Program-made: the position numbers and the translations under genes
The notes under the pieces: generated by a model
The model's input: the letters and a program-made list of their open reading frames with translations, nothing else
Told to the model about the DNA's origin: nothing
The model's database searches: none
Source of the DNA: Epiperipatus broadwayi
Taxonomy: Eukaryota; Animalia; Onychophora
Length of the DNA: 64,000 bases
Assembly: GCA_028023455.1 (NCBI GenBank)
Contig: JAQFVV010000004.1
Location: 5,270,001-5,334,000, forward strand
Direction of reading: 5' to 3'
Shown here: positions 63,930 through 64,000 of the stretch, piece by piece
Layout: every line of letters begins with the position of its first letter
Position numbering within the stretch: position 1 is the first letter of the stretch

Positions 63930-64000
63930 AGATAACCTTAATAAGTCTTATATCCCTCAAAATTATAGTAATGAGAAGGGACTTGAACTCAGATTTTCAA
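63930..64000 (-). mobile_element. tRNA-derived SINE (family D), truncated by the window end
   Basis: agggacttgaactcagattttcaa matches agggatttgaactcagactttcaa at 47425-47448. Confidence 0.6.

Overview
Very AT-rich animal (invertebrate-like) genomic DNA made up almost entirely of intronic or intergenic sequence filled with retroelements. The only host coding sequence I can support is one 135-nt exon of Suppressor of Fused (SUFU; 60919-61053, +); its flanking exons were not found in the window. Mobile DNA includes four + strand copies of one RTE-clade LINE (best copy about 55300-58844), a BovB/Expander-like RTE on the - strand, an I/Jockey-group LINE fragment, at least two Penelope-like elements (PLEs), tRNA-derived SINE heads, a pogo/Tc1-type MITE and several fold-back palindromes. 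The most notable signal is a dispersed family of short non-coding elements (five copies, family A) carrying a minimal type I hammerhead-ribozyme motif (CTGAYGA...GAAA-CTAGTC) with a palindromic stem III. It occurs as solo copies, as a 409-bp tandem dimer, and as an insertion into the RTE with a 13-bp target-site duplication and an inverted 3' end, which fits a PLE-mobilised retrozyme. A second family (B) joins a tRNA-like Pol III head to a hammerhead-like core, and one copy has an 11 x 42-bp tandem expansion. A CpG-richer region at about 49.9-51.6 kb looks like a - strand promoter with non-coding exons. All alignments and folds were done by eye, so the boundaries of decayed elements are approximate.
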